A stretch of DNA of 64,000 nt from Gammaproteobacteria bacterium (lineage in GTDB: Bacteria; Pseudomonadota; Gammaproteobacteria; Steroidobacterales; UBA11654), in the NCBI GenBank assembly GCA_029242945.1, contig JAQWSZ010000012.1:943-64942 (forward strand), in the 5' to 3' direction. Of the stretch, positions 47,255 through 58,225 are shown in pieces. The notes under the pieces are model-generated. The model was not told the DNA's origin. It worked only from the letters and a program-made list of their open reading frames with translations, and ran no database searches. A program made the translations under genes and the position numbers. Positions within the stretch are counted from its first letter, which is position 1; each line of letters starts with the position of its first letter.

Positions 47255-47647
47255 TTAAAATAAATCTCTAATAGGTGGGCTCAAATAGGCCAGTGAAATC
47301 TTGAGACCCGCCATCAAACTCGCTATTTGTACCATCACAATAGATAAGGGAGACATAATTGTAAGTTCTGGCATGATTGAGGCGAATACATAAAAGACGG
47401 CAATAATTAATATCCATAACTCACGAGAATACCGAACAAAAAAGCACATCAAAATATCCATAATGAAGGCCAATAGTGCGAAGACTAATTGCAAATTATA
47501 AGCATTACTAAACCCATCAGACGCCAATTGCCCATAATAACCATTTACGGACTCAGGAAAATCGTATGTAAAATCTAAAGCTACTGCAATAAATATCATT
47601 GCTATTGGGGTAAAAATTAAAAAGCGAAAATAAGTTTTATAATTCAT
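47255..47647 (-). CDS. small polytopic membrane protein (hypothetical)
   Basis: Start moved to the ATG at 47647 (MNYKTYFRFLIFTPIAMIFIAV), which avoids overlap with the upstream LLM gene. Four hydrophobic helices. Confidence 0.5.
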   Translation of the reverse strand: MNYKTYFRFLIFTPIAMIFIAVALDFTYDFPESVNGYYGQLASDGFSNAYNLQLVFALLAFIMDILMCFFVRYSRELWILIIAVFYVFASIMPELTIMSPLSIVMVQIASLMAGLKISLAYLSPPIRDLF

Positions 47648-47657
47648 GATGCTTTTA

Positions 47658-48698
47658 CTAAAGAACTTCTTGAGCAATGACACGCATTGCTTCTTTACTG
47701 ACATTTCCCAATACTAATGTTCCTAGCTTACCTGTTTTATCTAATTCTTTCCAAGATTGAAGTTTTTCTTTAATTCTTTCTGGCGGCCCGATAAGAGCGC
47801 ACTCATCAACTAATTCATCTGGTACAGCCATAGTAGCCTCTTCTTTTTTACCTGCTAAATAGAGTTCTTGTATGGTTTCAGCGGCTTCCTCATAGCCTAA
47901 TCGCTTGGCATAATCAGTATAAAAATTCTTTGATTTTGCTCCCATACCACCAATATATAATGCAAACATAGGTTTCATAGCCATCGTACAGAACTGAATG
48001 TTATCTCCCATAGCAACAGGAATAAAAGGTGCAACATCAAAACTACTATAATCTTTATTAGAGTCAGATTTCTCAAAACCTTCCTCAATATATTCACCTA
48101 CTAGATTAAATTTATTAGGACTCATCCAGATTGGAAACACGCCATCTGCAACTTCTCCAGAAGTCCTTAAGCCAGCGGGTGTTATGGATGCAGTAAATAT
48201 TTTTAAATCACCTGTACTATGCAAAATACTTTTTAAAGGCTTACCAAGACCTGAAGAATTTTCACCTTTGAAAGGAATCTGATAATGAAACCCTTCATGA
48301 GTAAGTGCTTCTTTTCTTGCAATAACTTTTCTCACAATGGATATATATTCTTTGGTTCGTGTTAATGGTCTGCCATATGCTTGGCCATACCAACCTTCTA
48401 CAACCTGAGGTCCTGAAGGACCCAAACCAAGCACAAAACGATTATTGGATAAGGCGTTTAATGATAATGCAGTCATAGCCGTCATAGTTGGTGTACGAGC
48501 CTGCATTTGCATAATTGCTGTTCCAACTTTTATATTAGTTGTTTGAGCAAGTATATAAGAAGCAACTGAAACAGCATCAGAGCCATAGGATTCTGCAGCC
48601 CAAACTGAGTCAAATCCAAGATTTTCCGCTTCTAAAATATCGTCCATTGGAATATTAAGTTTTGCAGGTGAATATCCTAATCCTATTCCTAATTTCAT
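47658..48698 (-). CDS. LLM-class F420-dependent oxidoreductase (Rv3520c-like subfamily)
   Basis: MKLGIGLGY...ENLGFDSVWAAESYGSDAVSVASYILAQTTNIKVGTAIMQMQARTPTMTAMTALSLNALSNNRFVLGLGPSGPQVVEGWYGQAYGRPLTRTKEYISIVR closely follows the remembered consensus of mycobacterial F420-dependent luciferase-like oxidoreductases. Confidence 0.8.
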   Translation of the reverse strand: MKLGIGLGYSPAKLNIPMDDILEAENLGFDSVWAAESYGSDAVSVASYILAQTTNIKVGTAIMQMQARTPTMTAMTALSLNALSNNRFVLGLGPSGPQVVEGWYGQAYGRPLTRTKEYISIVRKVIARKEALTHEGFHYQIPFKGENSSGLGKPLKSILHSTGDLKIFTASITPAGLRTSGEVADGVFPIWMSPNKFNLVGEYIEEGFEKSDSNKDYSSFDVAPFIPVAMGDNIQFCTMAMKPMFALYIGGMGAKSKNFYTDYAKRLGYEEAAETIQELYLAGKKEEATMAVPDELVDECALIGPPERIKEKLQSWKELDKTGKLGTLVLGNVSKEAMRVIAQEVL

Positions 48699-48870
48699 AA
48701 TTTTCTCTTTTTCATATCTAACATTCTATTATATTTTGTATTGATTGCATTTTAAAAGAAGAACTGAAACTATTTCTTTATTTTTTTTCTAGTTATCTTC
48801 TATGATTGCTCCAATCAGAACTATACAATATAACCATTAAAAACTATTTTTTGTAAACAAAGAAAGATAA

Positions 48871-50988
48871 ATGTCTAAAATTAAATGGCAAGAAAAAGCA
48901 ACTGATGAGCTCAACAGTGAGTCATTAGAAGAGTTGACATGGAAAACATTAGAAGGAATTGATGTTAAACCTCTCTACACCTCAGAAGATCTTGAAAACA
49001 TAGCTCATTTGGATTCTTTTCCAGGTTTTGCTCCCTATACTAGGGGACCAAGAGCAACTATGTATACCAAGAGACCATGGACTGTGAGACAGTATTCTGG
49101 TTTTTCTACAGCTGAAGAATCAAATAAATTTTATCGTGACAATATTGAAGCCGGTCAAACAGGTCTATCAGTTGCTTTTGATCTAGCCACCCATCGAGGC
49201 TATGATTCTGATCATTCTAGAGTCACAGGTGATGTTGGAAAAGCCGGCGTAGCAATTGACAGTGTTGAAGATATGAAAATACTCTTTGATAAGATCCCAT
49301 TGGATAAAATGAGCGTTTCTATGACTATGAATGGTGCAGTGATTCCAATTATGGCTATGTATATTGTAGCTGCAGAAGAACAAGGTGTGAATCAAACACT
49401 GTTAAAGGGCACACTCCAGAATGATATCTTAAAAGAATTTATGGTCAGAAATACATACATATACCCGCCCAATCAATCTATGAGAATTGTAGCTGATATT
49501 ATTGCCTATTCTTCAAAGTACCTACCTACTTTCAATTCTGTTTCTATTTCTGGTTATCATATGTTGGAAGCTGGCGCTACCTGCACCCAAGAGTTAGCAT
49601 ATACTCTAGCAGATGGTCTTGAATACGTTAGAGCTGCTATAGATAAAGGGCTTGATATTGATGACTTTGCACCTCGACTATCTTTTTTCTTTGGCATTGG
49701 TATGAATTTCTTTATGGAAATTGCCAAATTAAGAGCAGCCAGACTTCTTTGGTCAGAACTGATAGAGAAAGAATTTCAGCCTAAAAACCAAAAATCATTG
49801 ATGCTTAGAACGCATTGTCAGACTTCAGGTGTAAGCCTAACAAGTCAAGATCCTTATAATAATATTATGAGAACGACCATCGAAGCCATGGCAGCTGTTT
49901 TAGGAGGAACACAGTCATTGCATACTAATTCTTTTGATGAAGCTCTTGCTTTGCCAACACCCTTCTCTGCTCAGATAGCTAGAAATACACAATTGGTTCT
50001 AAGAGAAGAAACAGGCATTACTAAAGTTGTCGATCCATTGGCTGGTTCTTACTACCTTGAATCTTTAACAAATTCTCTTGTTAATGAAGCGAGAAAGTTA
50101 ATTGAAGAAGCTGAAGAACTCGGTGGTATGACCAAAGCAGTTCAAGCTGGTGTGCCAAAATTAAGAATTGAAGAATCGGCAGCTATTAGGCAAGCCAAAA
50201 TAGACAAAAAAGAAGAAATCATAGTTGGAGTAAATAAATATCAATCTGATGATAAAGCTCAAGTGGATATTCTCTCTATTGATAATGAAGACGTGAGAAA
50301 TAAACAACTGGAGAAGCTAAAAATACTTAAGAGTTCTAGAAATGAATCAACTTGCCAGAAAACTCTTAAAACTTTAGAACATGCATCAAAAGACAAAACC
50401 GCTAATTTACTCGAAGTTGCTATTGAGGCTGCAAGAGCCAGAGCCACAGTGGGTGAAATTTCCATGGCTATGGAAACAGTCTTTGGTCGACATCAAGCGA
50501 ATTCTCAATCCATTAGTGGTGTTTATCGTAGTGAGTATGAAGGAGATAAAAATTTTATGAGTATCGAGAAAAAAATCTTAGAATTTGAAAAAAATAATGG
50601 AAGAAGACCAAGAATGTTAGTGGTTAAATTAGGACAAGATGGGCATGATAGAGGTGCTAAAGTGATAGCGACAGCATTTGCAGATATGGGTTTTGATGTA
50701 GATATAGGCCCATTATTTCAAACCCCTGAAGAGGCGGCAAAACAGGCCATTGAGAACGATGTTCATATTGTAGGAGTGTCCACACAAGCAGCGGGTCATA
50801 AAACACTGGTTCCAATGCTAATAGACGCATTATCAAAAGAAAATTCTGATAACATTCTTGTAGTTTGTGGAGGGATCATTCCTGAACAAGATATACCTGA
50901 GCTTGAATCAATTGGAGTAGGAGCAGTTTTTGGTCCAGGTACAAATATAAATAGTGCTGCAATCAAAGTTTTAGATCTAATCAAATAG
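48871..50988 (+). CDS. mcm: methylmalonyl-CoA mutase, single-chain (catalytic + B12-binding domains)
   Basis: Mutase TIM-barrel motifs ([29 protein letters not shown]-type [10 protein letters not shown]). C-terminal cobalamin-binding [24 protein letters not shown]. Confidence 0.95.
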   Translation: MSKIKWQEKATDELNSESLEELTWKTLEGIDVKPLYTSEDLENIAHLDSFPGFAPYTRGPRATMYTKRPWTVRQYSGFSTAEESNKFYRDNIEAGQTGLSVAFDLATHRGYDSDHSRVTGDVGKAGVAIDSVEDMKILFDKIPLDKMSVSMTMNGAVIPIMAMYIVAAEEQGVNQTLLKGTLQNDILKEFMVRNTYIYPPNQSMRIVADIIAYSSKYLPTFNSVSISGYHMLEAGATCTQELAYTLADGLEYVRAAIDKGLDIDDFAPRLSFFFGIGMNFFMEIAKLRAARLLWSELIEKEFQPKNQKSLMLRTHCQTSGVSLTSQDPYNNIMRTTIEAMAAVLGGTQSLHTNSFDEALALPTPFSAQIARNTQLVLREETGITKVVDPLAGSYYLESLTNSLVNEARKLIEEAEELGGMTKAVQAGVPKLRIEESAAIRQAKIDKKEEIIVGVNKYQSDDKAQVDILSIDNEDVRNKQLEKLKILKSSRNESTCQKTLKTLEHASKDKTANLLEVAIEAARARATVGEISMAMETVFGRHQANSQSISGVYRSEYEGDKNFMSIEKKILEFEKNNGRRPRMLVVKLGQDGHDRGAKVIATAFADMGFDVDIGPLFQTPEEAAKQAIENDVHIVGVSTQAAGHKTLVPMLIDALSKENSDNILVVCGGIIPEQDIPELESIGVGAVFGPGTNINSAAIKVLDLIK

Positions 50989-50991
50989 AAC

Positions 50992-52524
50992 ATGAAAGAA
51001 AATATACAAGAGTTAGAGAAAAGAAAACAAGCTGCTCGTGAGGGTGGCGGTGAAGTACGAATCAAAAAGCAACATGCAAAAGGAAAGCTAACAGCTAGAG
51101 AACGATTGGAGATACTTCTTGATGATGGAAGTTTCGAAGAATGGGATATGTTTGTCGAACATAGGGCTATTGATTTTGGAATGGACAAACAAAAGATACC
51201 AGGCGATGGAGTAGTAACTGGTTATGGAAAAATTAATGGTAAATTAGTCTACGTTTATAGCCAAGATTTCACAGTCTTTGGTGGCTCTTTATCCGAATCC
51301 CATGCTGAGAAAATTTGTAAAGTAATGGATCATGCCGTTCAGAATGGTGCACCAATTATAGGATTGAATGATTCAGGTGGAGCAAGAATACAAGAAGGTG
51401 TTGTGTCACTTGGTGGATACGCAGAAGTATTTAAAAGAAATGTTCTCGCATCCGGGGTTGTGCCTCAAATTTCTTTGGTCATGGGTCCCTGTGCCGGTGG
51501 TGCTGTTTACTCTCCTGCAATGACTGATTTTATTTTTATGGTTGAAGACAGTTCTTATATGTTTGTCACGGGCCCGGATGTTGTTAAAACAGTCACTCAT
51601 GAAGAAGTTACTGCTGAAGAGTTAGGCGGTGCGTCAACACACAGTAAAAAATCTGGAGTCGCTGATCTAACTTTTAATAATGATACTGAAGCTTTATTGA
51701 TGACTCGTGAATTTATAAGTTATCTCCCTCAAAACAATAAGGAAAAATCACCCACTATTGAGTGTCAAGACTCTGCAAATAGAGAAGACCTATCTCTGGA
51801 TACTTTAATTCCTGAAGATCCAGCTAAGCCCTATGATATAAAAGAAGTCATCCATAAAGTCGCTGATGAAGGAGATTTTTTTGAAGTTCAATCAAACTAT
51901 GCCCAAAACATCGTAATTGGCTTTATTCGCCTAAACGGATCAACAGTTGGTGTTGTTGCTAATCAGCCTATGGTATTGGCGGGCTGTCTCGATATTAATT
52001 CCTCTATAAAGGGTGCTCGATTTGTAAGATTTTGTGATGCATTTAATATTCCCATTCTAACTCTTGTTGATGTCCCGGGATTCATGCCAGGAACTTCTCA
52101 AGAATATGGAGGCATTATCAAACATGGAGCGAAACTTTTATTTGCCTATGCAGAGGCCACAGTTCCAAAAGTAACAATGATTACAAGAAAAGCATATGGA
52201 GGAGCTTATGATGTCATGAGCTCTAAACACATACGAGGAGATGTTAATTTCGCTTGGCCTTCGGCAGAAATAGCTGTGATGGGACCAAAAGGTGCTGTTG
52301 AAATCATTTTCAGACAAGACATTGGAGATGAAAATAAAATTGAAAAGAGAACGGATGAATATAGAGAAAAATTTGCTAATCCATTTATCGCTGCAGGACG
52401 TGGCTATATTGATGATATTATCATGCCCCACAAGAGCAGAGAAAAATTGATTAATTCCTTTGAAATGTTAAAAAATAAAGAACAAATCAATCCTTGGCGT
52501 AAACACGACAATATACCCTTATAA
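50992..52524 (+). CDS. pccB: propionyl-CoA carboxylase beta subunit (carboxyltransferase)
   Basis: 510-aa carboxyltransferase with [27 protein letters not shown] and PGFMPG motifs. Located between mcm and pccA. Confidence 0.92.
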   Translation: MKENIQELEKRKQAAREGGGEVRIKKQHAKGKLTARERLEILLDDGSFEEWDMFVEHRAIDFGMDKQKIPGDGVVTGYGKINGKLVYVYSQDFTVFGGSLSESHAEKICKVMDHAVQNGAPIIGLNDSGGARIQEGVVSLGGYAEVFKRNVLASGVVPQISLVMGPCAGGAVYSPAMTDFIFMVEDSSYMFVTGPDVVKTVTHEEVTAEELGGASTHSKKSGVADLTFNNDTEALLMTREFISYLPQNNKEKSPTIECQDSANREDLSLDTLIPEDPAKPYDIKEVIHKVADEGDFFEVQSNYAQNIVIGFIRLNGSTVGVVANQPMVLAGCLDINSSIKGARFVRFCDAFNIPILTLVDVPGFMPGTSQEYGGIIKHGAKLLFAYAEATVPKVTMITRKAYGGAYDVMSSKHIRGDVNFAWPSAEIAVMGPKGAVEIIFRQDIGDENKIEKRTDEYREKFANPFIAAGRGYIDDIIMPHKSREKLINSFEMLKNKEQINPWRKHDNIPL

Positions 52525-52530
52525 AACATT

Positions 52531-54495
52531 ATGTTTAAAAAAATACTGATAGCCAATCGTGGAGAAATTGCTTGTAGAGTTATTAAAACATGTCAATCCA
52601 TGGGCATTAAAACTGTGGCAGTATATTCTGATGCTGATATTTACTCCATGCATGTCGATATGGCTGATGAAGCAATAAATATTGGCGGATCCGCATCATC
52701 GGAAAGCTATCTTGTCATTGAAAATATCCTCAATGCTTGTGAAGCCACAGGTGCAGAAGCGGTTCATCCAGGTTATGGATTTCTATCAGAAAATGAATCT
52801 TTTGCGAAACAACTAATGGCAAAAAATATTGCTTTTATAGGTCCTAATATAGAAGCCATTATCAATATGGGAGATAAAATTGAGTCTAAAAAAATAGCTG
52901 AAAAAGCAGGAGTCAATGTTATTCCAGGTTTTACTCAAGCACTCAAAGATGCAGATCAAGCAGTTGAAGTAGCTAAAAGTATTGGCTACCCAGTAATGCT
53001 CAAAGCCAGTGCTGGTGGAGGAGGTAAAGGCATGAGGGTGGTCAATAGTGATGCAGAATGCCGTGATGGGTTTGAAAGGGCTCAAAATGAAAGTAGAACT
53101 AGCTTTGGTGACGATCGAGTTTTTGCAGAAAAATTCATAACAGAACCACACCATATAGAAATACAAATTCTCGCTGATGGTGAAGGTAATACGATATATA
53201 TTGGGGAACGTGAATGCTCTATTCAAAGAAGGCATCAAAAAGTTATTGAAGAATCACCTTCTCCTTTTATTAATGAAGATACTAGAGAAAAAATGGGTGC
53301 ACAAGCTGTGGCATTAGCCAAGGCAGTTAACTACCAATCGGCAGGCACAGTTGAATTTATTGTTGATAAGAATCAACAGTTTTATTTTCTAGAAATGAAC
53401 ACCCGTCTTCAAGTTGAGCATCCAGTAACTGAAATGGTTTCTGGGCTGGATCTTGTTGAGCAAATGATTTTGATTGCTTCAGGTGAAAAATTAAACATCA
53501 AGCAAGAGGATATCCAAATAAAAGGATGGGCGATGGAATGTAGAATCTATGCTGAAGATCCTTATAGAGATTTTATGCCATCGATAGGTAGGTTGACTTC
53601 TTACCTGACTCCAACTGAATCTCAATTCATTAGAGTGGATACTGGCTTCAGAGAGGGCAGTGAAGTTTCTATGTTTTATGATCCTATGATTGCAAAATTG
53701 ATCACATATGGTCCTGATAGAAATACAGCAAGAGAAAATATGTTAGTTGCATTAGATTCTTACTATATTGCAGGTGTTTCACATAATCTAAATTTTCTCA
53801 GCTCTATCATGCAGAACTCTGAATTTATTAGTGGGTATACCACGACAAATTTTATTGCAGAGCATTATCCAGATGGCTTCCAAGGTGAATATATCTCCAA
53901 AGAAATGAATCAACTATTTGCCTCTGTATTAGCTTGCTATCATCATCAAAAAAAAGAACGCATCCAAACCCTGATTACGAATAAAACTGAATGGTCAGTA
54001 ATTATAAATGATGATTTATTTACTCTTAAATTAGAAAATAATAATGCTAACTTTACAATTCATGAAGCAGAACATACTAAAAAATATCAAATTAATAAAA
54101 GTGCCAATAACCCAATTGTTGAGGTCATAACAGAGGATCAACAACATTTATTCAAAATAGAGGAAAATTATCCCGGCTATACCCTAACTTATAGAGGTCG
54201 AGTAATTAAAGCTTTAGTCACTAGGAAAAGAACGGCTGAGTTAAACCAATTAATGCCAAAGAAAACTCCACCCGACTTATCTAAATTTCTTTTATCACCA
54301 ATGCCTGGACTTCTCATAAAAGTCTGTGTGACTGAAAATCAAACAGTTAAAGCTGGGGAAGAACTGGCTGTGGTAGAAGCCATGAAAATGGAAAATAGCT
54401 TAAGAGCACCCGAAGAGGTAAAAATAAAATCGATATTAGCTGAAGAAGGCGATAATCTAATGGTTGACCAAACTATACTTGAATTTGAGGACTGA
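52531..54495 (+). CDS. pccA: propionyl-CoA carboxylase alpha subunit (biotin carboxylase + BCCP)
   Basis: MFKKILIANRGEIACRVIKT N-terminus, ATP-grasp GGGGKGMRVV, and the biotinyl-lysine motif EAMKMEN near the C-terminus. Confidence 0.92.
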   Translation: MFKKILIANRGEIACRVIKTCQSMGIKTVAVYSDADIYSMHVDMADEAINIGGSASSESYLVIENILNACEATGAEAVHPGYGFLSENESFAKQLMAKNIAFIGPNIEAIINMGDKIESKKIAEKAGVNVIPGFTQALKDADQAVEVAKSIGYPVMLKASAGGGGKGMRVVNSDAECRDGFERAQNESRTSFGDDRVFAEKFITEPHHIEIQILADGEGNTIYIGERECSIQRRHQKVIEESPSPFINEDTREKMGAQAVALAKAVNYQSAGTVEFIVDKNQQFYFLEMNTRLQVEHPVTEMVSGLDLVEQMILIASGEKLNIKQEDIQIKGWAMECRIYAEDPYRDFMPSIGRLTSYLTPTESQFIRVDTGFREGSEVSMFYDPMIAKLITYGPDRNTARENMLVALDSYYIAGVSHNLNFLSSIMQNSEFISGYTTTNFIAEHYPDGFQGEYISKEMNQLFASVLACYHHQKKERIQTLITNKTEWSVIINDDLFTLKLENNNANFTIHEAEHTKKYQINKSANNPIVEVITEDQQHLFKIEENYPGYTLTYRGRVIKALVTRKRTAELNQLMPKKTPPDLSKFLLSPMPGLLIKVCVTENQTVKAGEELAVVEAMKMENSLRAPEEVKIKSILAEEGDNLMVDQTILEFED

Positions 54496-55495
54496 GTTGA
54501 TACAACAAGCAATAACAGATTTAATAAAAAAAATAAAATCTCAAGATAGAAAAGCTATTGCCAATGCCATTACATTAGTTGAGTCTAAAAAAAGAGAAGA
54601 TAGAAAAACTGCAGAATTACTCCTCAATCAACTTTCTAAAAGTAATAACAAAAGTATTAGGATAGCTATTTCAGGACCTCCTGGTGCAGGTAAATCAACA
54701 TTTATTGAAGCTCTCGGGTTTGAGATCTTAAAAGAAAATAGAAACATTGCTGTTTTAGCTATTGACCCAACATCCTCTCTCACAGGTGGATCCATTCTTG
54801 GTGATAAAACTAGGATGGAGAAACTGAGTCGTAATGAAAATGCTTTTATAAGGCCCTCCCCTTCTGGAATGAATTTAGGTGGCGTTAATCGGTCCACCAG
54901 AGAGTCAATAGTTATCCTGGAATCTGCAGGTTTTGATACTATTCTGATTGAAACTGTAGGTGTAGGCCAAGCTGAAACTGAAGCATTTGAAATGACAGAT
55001 ATTTTTCTCGTTCTTTTGAATCCAGGTGCAGGCGATGAATTACAGGGTATCAAAAGAGGAATCATAGAGTTATCCGATATTCTTGTTGTCAATAAATCAG
55101 ATGGAGACCTGGAAGCAACCTCCAGAAGTACTGTTTTGGACTATAAAAATGCTTTGAAGCTTTTAAAACCAAGAATCAATGACTGGAAAGTGCCTGTATT
55201 ATCATGCTCAGCTCTTGAACTGAAAAACATTGATCAATGCTGGATCACACTGAGTGAATTAAGAAAACACTTAGAAAAAACTGGCCAATTAATTACTAAT
55301 AGAGAGAAACAGAAAAAGCTTTGGCTAGATAAATTAACCAAAGAAAAGTTAATTGAGCAGATAGAGAATGATGAGGATTTTCAAAATGAACTGGAAATGA
55401 TTAAAGAAACATTGTCTGATAAGAGTAAATCAGTAAAAACAGAAGCGAGTAATATGATTGAGAATTTTTTAAATAAGCTGAGGAGACAAAAATGA
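54464..55495 (+). CDS. meaB: methylmalonyl-CoA mutase-associated GTPase MeaB (ArgK)
   Basis: P-loop ISGPPGAGKSTFIEAL, switch region VGVGQAE, and NKSD. The start is ambiguous: the ATG at 54464 overlaps pccA by 32 nt, while a TTG at 54497 lies directly after the pccA stop. Confidence 0.9.
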   Translation: MTKLYLNLRTELIQQAITDLIKKIKSQDRKAIANAITLVESKKREDRKTAELLLNQLSKSNNKSIRIAISGPPGAGKSTFIEALGFEILKENRNIAVLAIDPTSSLTGGSILGDKTRMEKLSRNENAFIRPSPSGMNLGGVNRSTRESIVILESAGFDTILIETVGVGQAETEAFEMTDIFLVLLNPGAGDELQGIKRGIIELSDILVVNKSDGDLEATSRSTVLDYKNALKLLKPRINDWKVPVLSCSALELKNIDQCWITLSELRKHLEKTGQLITNREKQKKLWLDKLTKEKLIEQIENDEDFQNELEMIKETLSDKSKSVKTEASNMIENFLNKLRRQK

Positions 55496-55896
55496 TAGGC
55501 AAATTAAATCATGTAGCCATTGCTGTCCCTAATTTAGTAGAAGCTAGCAATATATATAGCAATACCCTTGGAGCAATAGTTTCTGAACCTATTGCAATGC
55601 CAGAACATGGTGTTACTACTGTCTTTGTAGAATTGCCCAATACAAAAATAGAACTATTGGAAGCTCTTGGTGATGATTCACCGATAGCAAAATTTATCGA
55701 AAAAAATCCAAAAGGCGGAATGCATCATATTTGCTATGAGGTTGAAGATATCTTTAAAGCTCGTGACGAGATGATTGCTAAAGGAGCAACCGTTCTTGGC
55801 TCAGGCGAGCCTAAAAATGGAGCTCATAATAAACCTGTAATTTTTATGCATCCAAAAGATTTTATGGGGACTCTGATAGAGCTCGAAGAAACCTAG
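55492..55896 (+). CDS. mce: methylmalonyl-CoA epimerase (VOC/glyoxalase fold)
   Basis: Length 134 aa. GKLNHVAIAVPNL...GMHHICYEVEDI...FMHPKDFMGTLIELEE is typical of the epimerase. ATGA overlap with meaB. Confidence 0.9.
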   Translation: MIGKLNHVAIAVPNLVEASNIYSNTLGAIVSEPIAMPEHGVTTVFVELPNTKIELLEALGDDSPIAKFIEKNPKGGMHHICYEVEDIFKARDEMIAKGATVLGSGEPKNGAHNKPVIFMHPKDFMGTLIELEET

Positions 55897-55899
55897 AAC

Positions 55900-58215
55900 T
55901 TAGAACCTAATTCTTACTTTTGCAGCCAATCGATTACCCTCAGGCTCTCTCCATGTGGTTCTTATTATTTTGGAAGTATTGGCTTGATCATCAAAATCAT
56001 AACCACCGCCTCTAGTGTAAACAAAATAGAAATTAGATAAGGGTGCTATTTCATACTTATATCGAATCTGGAATGATATATTACCAATATTAATACTCTC
56101 TTCAGCTTGATTCTTTCTGACTAAAAAACCTGAACTATTAGCAAACCATCCTTCGCCTTTTTGGTTTCTAAAAGAAAGCATTTCTAATTTAACTTGCAAT
56201 TCTTGCTTTTCACTCGGATACCATCTTGCTCCTATGTTCATATTGCTTCTAATCTGCTTGAATGTTCCATAATGATTGTCGTTTATGTATGTTAACCAAT
56301 TAGTATTAGTGCCATGAGAAACCCTGAACCAAAATCTTAAATTATCTTGAGGTGTGTAAGAAAAACCCCCACCTATTCTTTTAGCCTCATTAGTGAATGA
56401 ATAATAATCCCAAAATTCATAAGCCGTATTTAACTGATACTGCCAGAAACCATAGATACGGCTATGGTAAGAAAACTCTAAACTGTGACCAGCATCTTGC
56501 ATTATAAATGGTGCTTCAAGACTTCCTCTTGTTATTTCATCGTCCTTGCCTTCCCCTTTAGCAAAAATATTGATGCCTAATGAGGAAGTATCTTTAAAGC
56601 TTTGCCGAAAGAAAAAAGTATAGAATTCATTCAAATTTTCATTATCTGCATTATTCTGGTCCCAATAATCAAAATTATAGGAACGATTATTTACGAATGA
56701 GTCTTCTGGAAAATCTGTTCGAGTGTAATTAACACTTGCTCCATATGAAGCTAAATTATTTCTCCATAAGTAACCCATATCATTGATATTGAGATCCTCA
56801 TTAAAATAATAATACTCAGCACCATATTTCCATTCTTTAGATGGATTGAAAGAAACAGCTGTTCTGCTACCAAATCCAGCTTCATCTTCATTAGAATTGG
56901 ATACCATTGCCAAACTTTCAATCTTTATTTTTGAACTTGGAAGATACTGATAGTCAATAGCATTAACAGTTGCTTGTCGATTGATAAAGCTTTTATCAGC
57001 ATGAGTAACCATATATCCAATCTTATGGTCATCTTTTCGATGCAAGGTTCTGAATGCAAAAAAATCTTTTCCTTCACTAAAATTCTCATTCGATTCAAAG
57101 GCTGAGAATAATCCATAATCAGTTTTTTCACCAAGTTGTATGTATTTAATAGCGGCATCAATACCATTACTATTAACTTGATTATCTTCACATTCAGATA
57201 CCAATTCATTACTTCCTCCTTCAGCAAGAGAATAGCGTGAACAATCATAATTTGGTGCATCTCCTATTCTTCTGGTATGGAGTAGTGAATACAACTCAAA
57301 GCCTGGGTACCAATCCAAACTGATATCAAACATGGACTGGCTTTGAGTAAAGAAAGGTCTCTTATCAGAATAAAATGTCTCCCTAGGTGAGAAATTAACA
57401 ACAATATTATCACTTTCAACTTGCCCAAAATCAGGGTTTATTGTGGCGCTAATTTCACCGCCGCGACCATTGTTATAAAATACTTCTGCTCCTGCATCAA
57501 AGGATGAATCATCTTTGATAAAATCATTATTAGCCACTACATATGGGAAAAAATCAACACGGCTAGGATTGGACTTGACCACTTGAATTTTATGCAACTT
57601 AGATAAGAATTTTGGTCGTTGGGGGGTCACTTTTGGAAAAGCGACATAATTTCCTAGATACCTAATCTGTCGACTGACACTAAACCCTATGGTTCTTTTC
57701 TCACCCTCTTGCTGGCTCATAGGAACCATAGTCCAAGGAATAAAAAATTCAGAGTACCAATTTTCATCAGACTCTGAAGTCCTTGCGAACCATTCTCCAT
57801 CCCAATCCTTATCTACTTGGTTCTCATTAGTGATCGTGTAATCAATTAATGAATTACTTAAAGAAACGCCAAGCATATAGCCTGTGCTTCCATTATTATC
57901 AAAATCAATAACAACTACATTTCTATCATAAGTTTGATGCAAGTTATCTCTCTGATGCTTTCTCCTATCTCTTGTTTCTTCGTCTTGTGCATTAATAAAG
58001 GCAACATACAATCCAGAATCATCAGAATAAAAAAGAGTTTGTGTTTTGTGAGGAGTGGGCTCTAAACTAAAAGGGACAGTTACATAAAAATCATTAAACA
58101 CCTGTGCATCCTGCCATTCTTTTTCATTTAATTTTCCATCTATTATTATTTCAGCTTTTATTGATGGCATTACTATCAATATAAAAAGACTGATAAATTT
58201 AATTTTTCTAATCAT
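55900..58215 (-). CDS. outer-membrane-type protein, CBM9-like N-terminal domain + DUF5916 beta-barrel
   Basis: Signal peptide, then IIIDGKLNEKEWQDAQVFNDFYVTVPFSLEPTPHKTQ...GLYVAF (the CBM9/DUF5916 N-terminal pattern). Y/F/N-rich barrel ending in KVRIRF. Confidence 0.65.
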   Translation of the reverse strand: MIRKIKFISLFILIVMPSIKAEIIIDGKLNEKEWQDAQVFNDFYVTVPFSLEPTPHKTQTLFYSDDSGLYVAFINAQDEETRDRRKHQRDNLHQTYDRNVVVIDFDNNGSTGYMLGVSLSNSLIDYTITNENQVDKDWDGEWFARTSESDENWYSEFFIPWTMVPMSQQEGEKRTIGFSVSRQIRYLGNYVAFPKVTPQRPKFLSKLHKIQVVKSNPSRVDFFPYVVANNDFIKDDSSFDAGAEVFYNNGRGGEISATINPDFGQVESDNIVVNFSPRETFYSDKRPFFTQSQSMFDISLDWYPGFELYSLLHTRRIGDAPNYDCSRYSLAEGGSNELVSECEDNQVNSNGIDAAIKYIQLGEKTDYGLFSAFESNENFSEGKDFFAFRTLHRKDDHKIGYMVTHADKSFINRQATVNAIDYQYLPSSKIKIESLAMVSNSNEDEAGFGSRTAVSFNPSKEWKYGAEYYYFNEDLNINDMGYLWRNNLASYGASVNYTRTDFPEDSFVNNRSYNFDYWDQNNADNENLNEFYTFFFRQSFKDTSSLGINIFAKGEGKDDEITRGSLEAPFIMQDAGHSLEFSYHSRIYGFWQYQLNTAYEFWDYYSFTNEAKRIGGGFSYTPQDNLRFWFRVSHGTNTNWLTYINDNHYGTFKQIRSNMNIGARWYPSEKQELQVKLEMLSFRNQKGEGWFANSSGFLVRKNQAEESINIGNISFQIRYKYEIAPLSNFYFVYTRGGGYDFDDQANTSKIIRTTWREPEGNRLAAKVRIRF

Positions 58216-58225
58216 ATGTATGAAT

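Noticed and set aside
48699-48870. Looked for a cobalamin riboswitch upstream of the B12-dependent mutase operon
   Set aside because: No B12-box-like (GCCACTG-type) element and no GC-containing multi-stem structure is visible. The spacer is plain AT-rich promoter DNA.
54628-55092. 154-aa ORF antisense to meaB, and similar antisense ORFs at 50796..51188, 52813..53238, 52138..52431, 51406..51600, 50259..50465 and 49183..49395
   Set aside because: All are nested within the strongly supported mcm/pccB/pccA/meaB genes on the other strand and lack any recognisable motif or RBS context.
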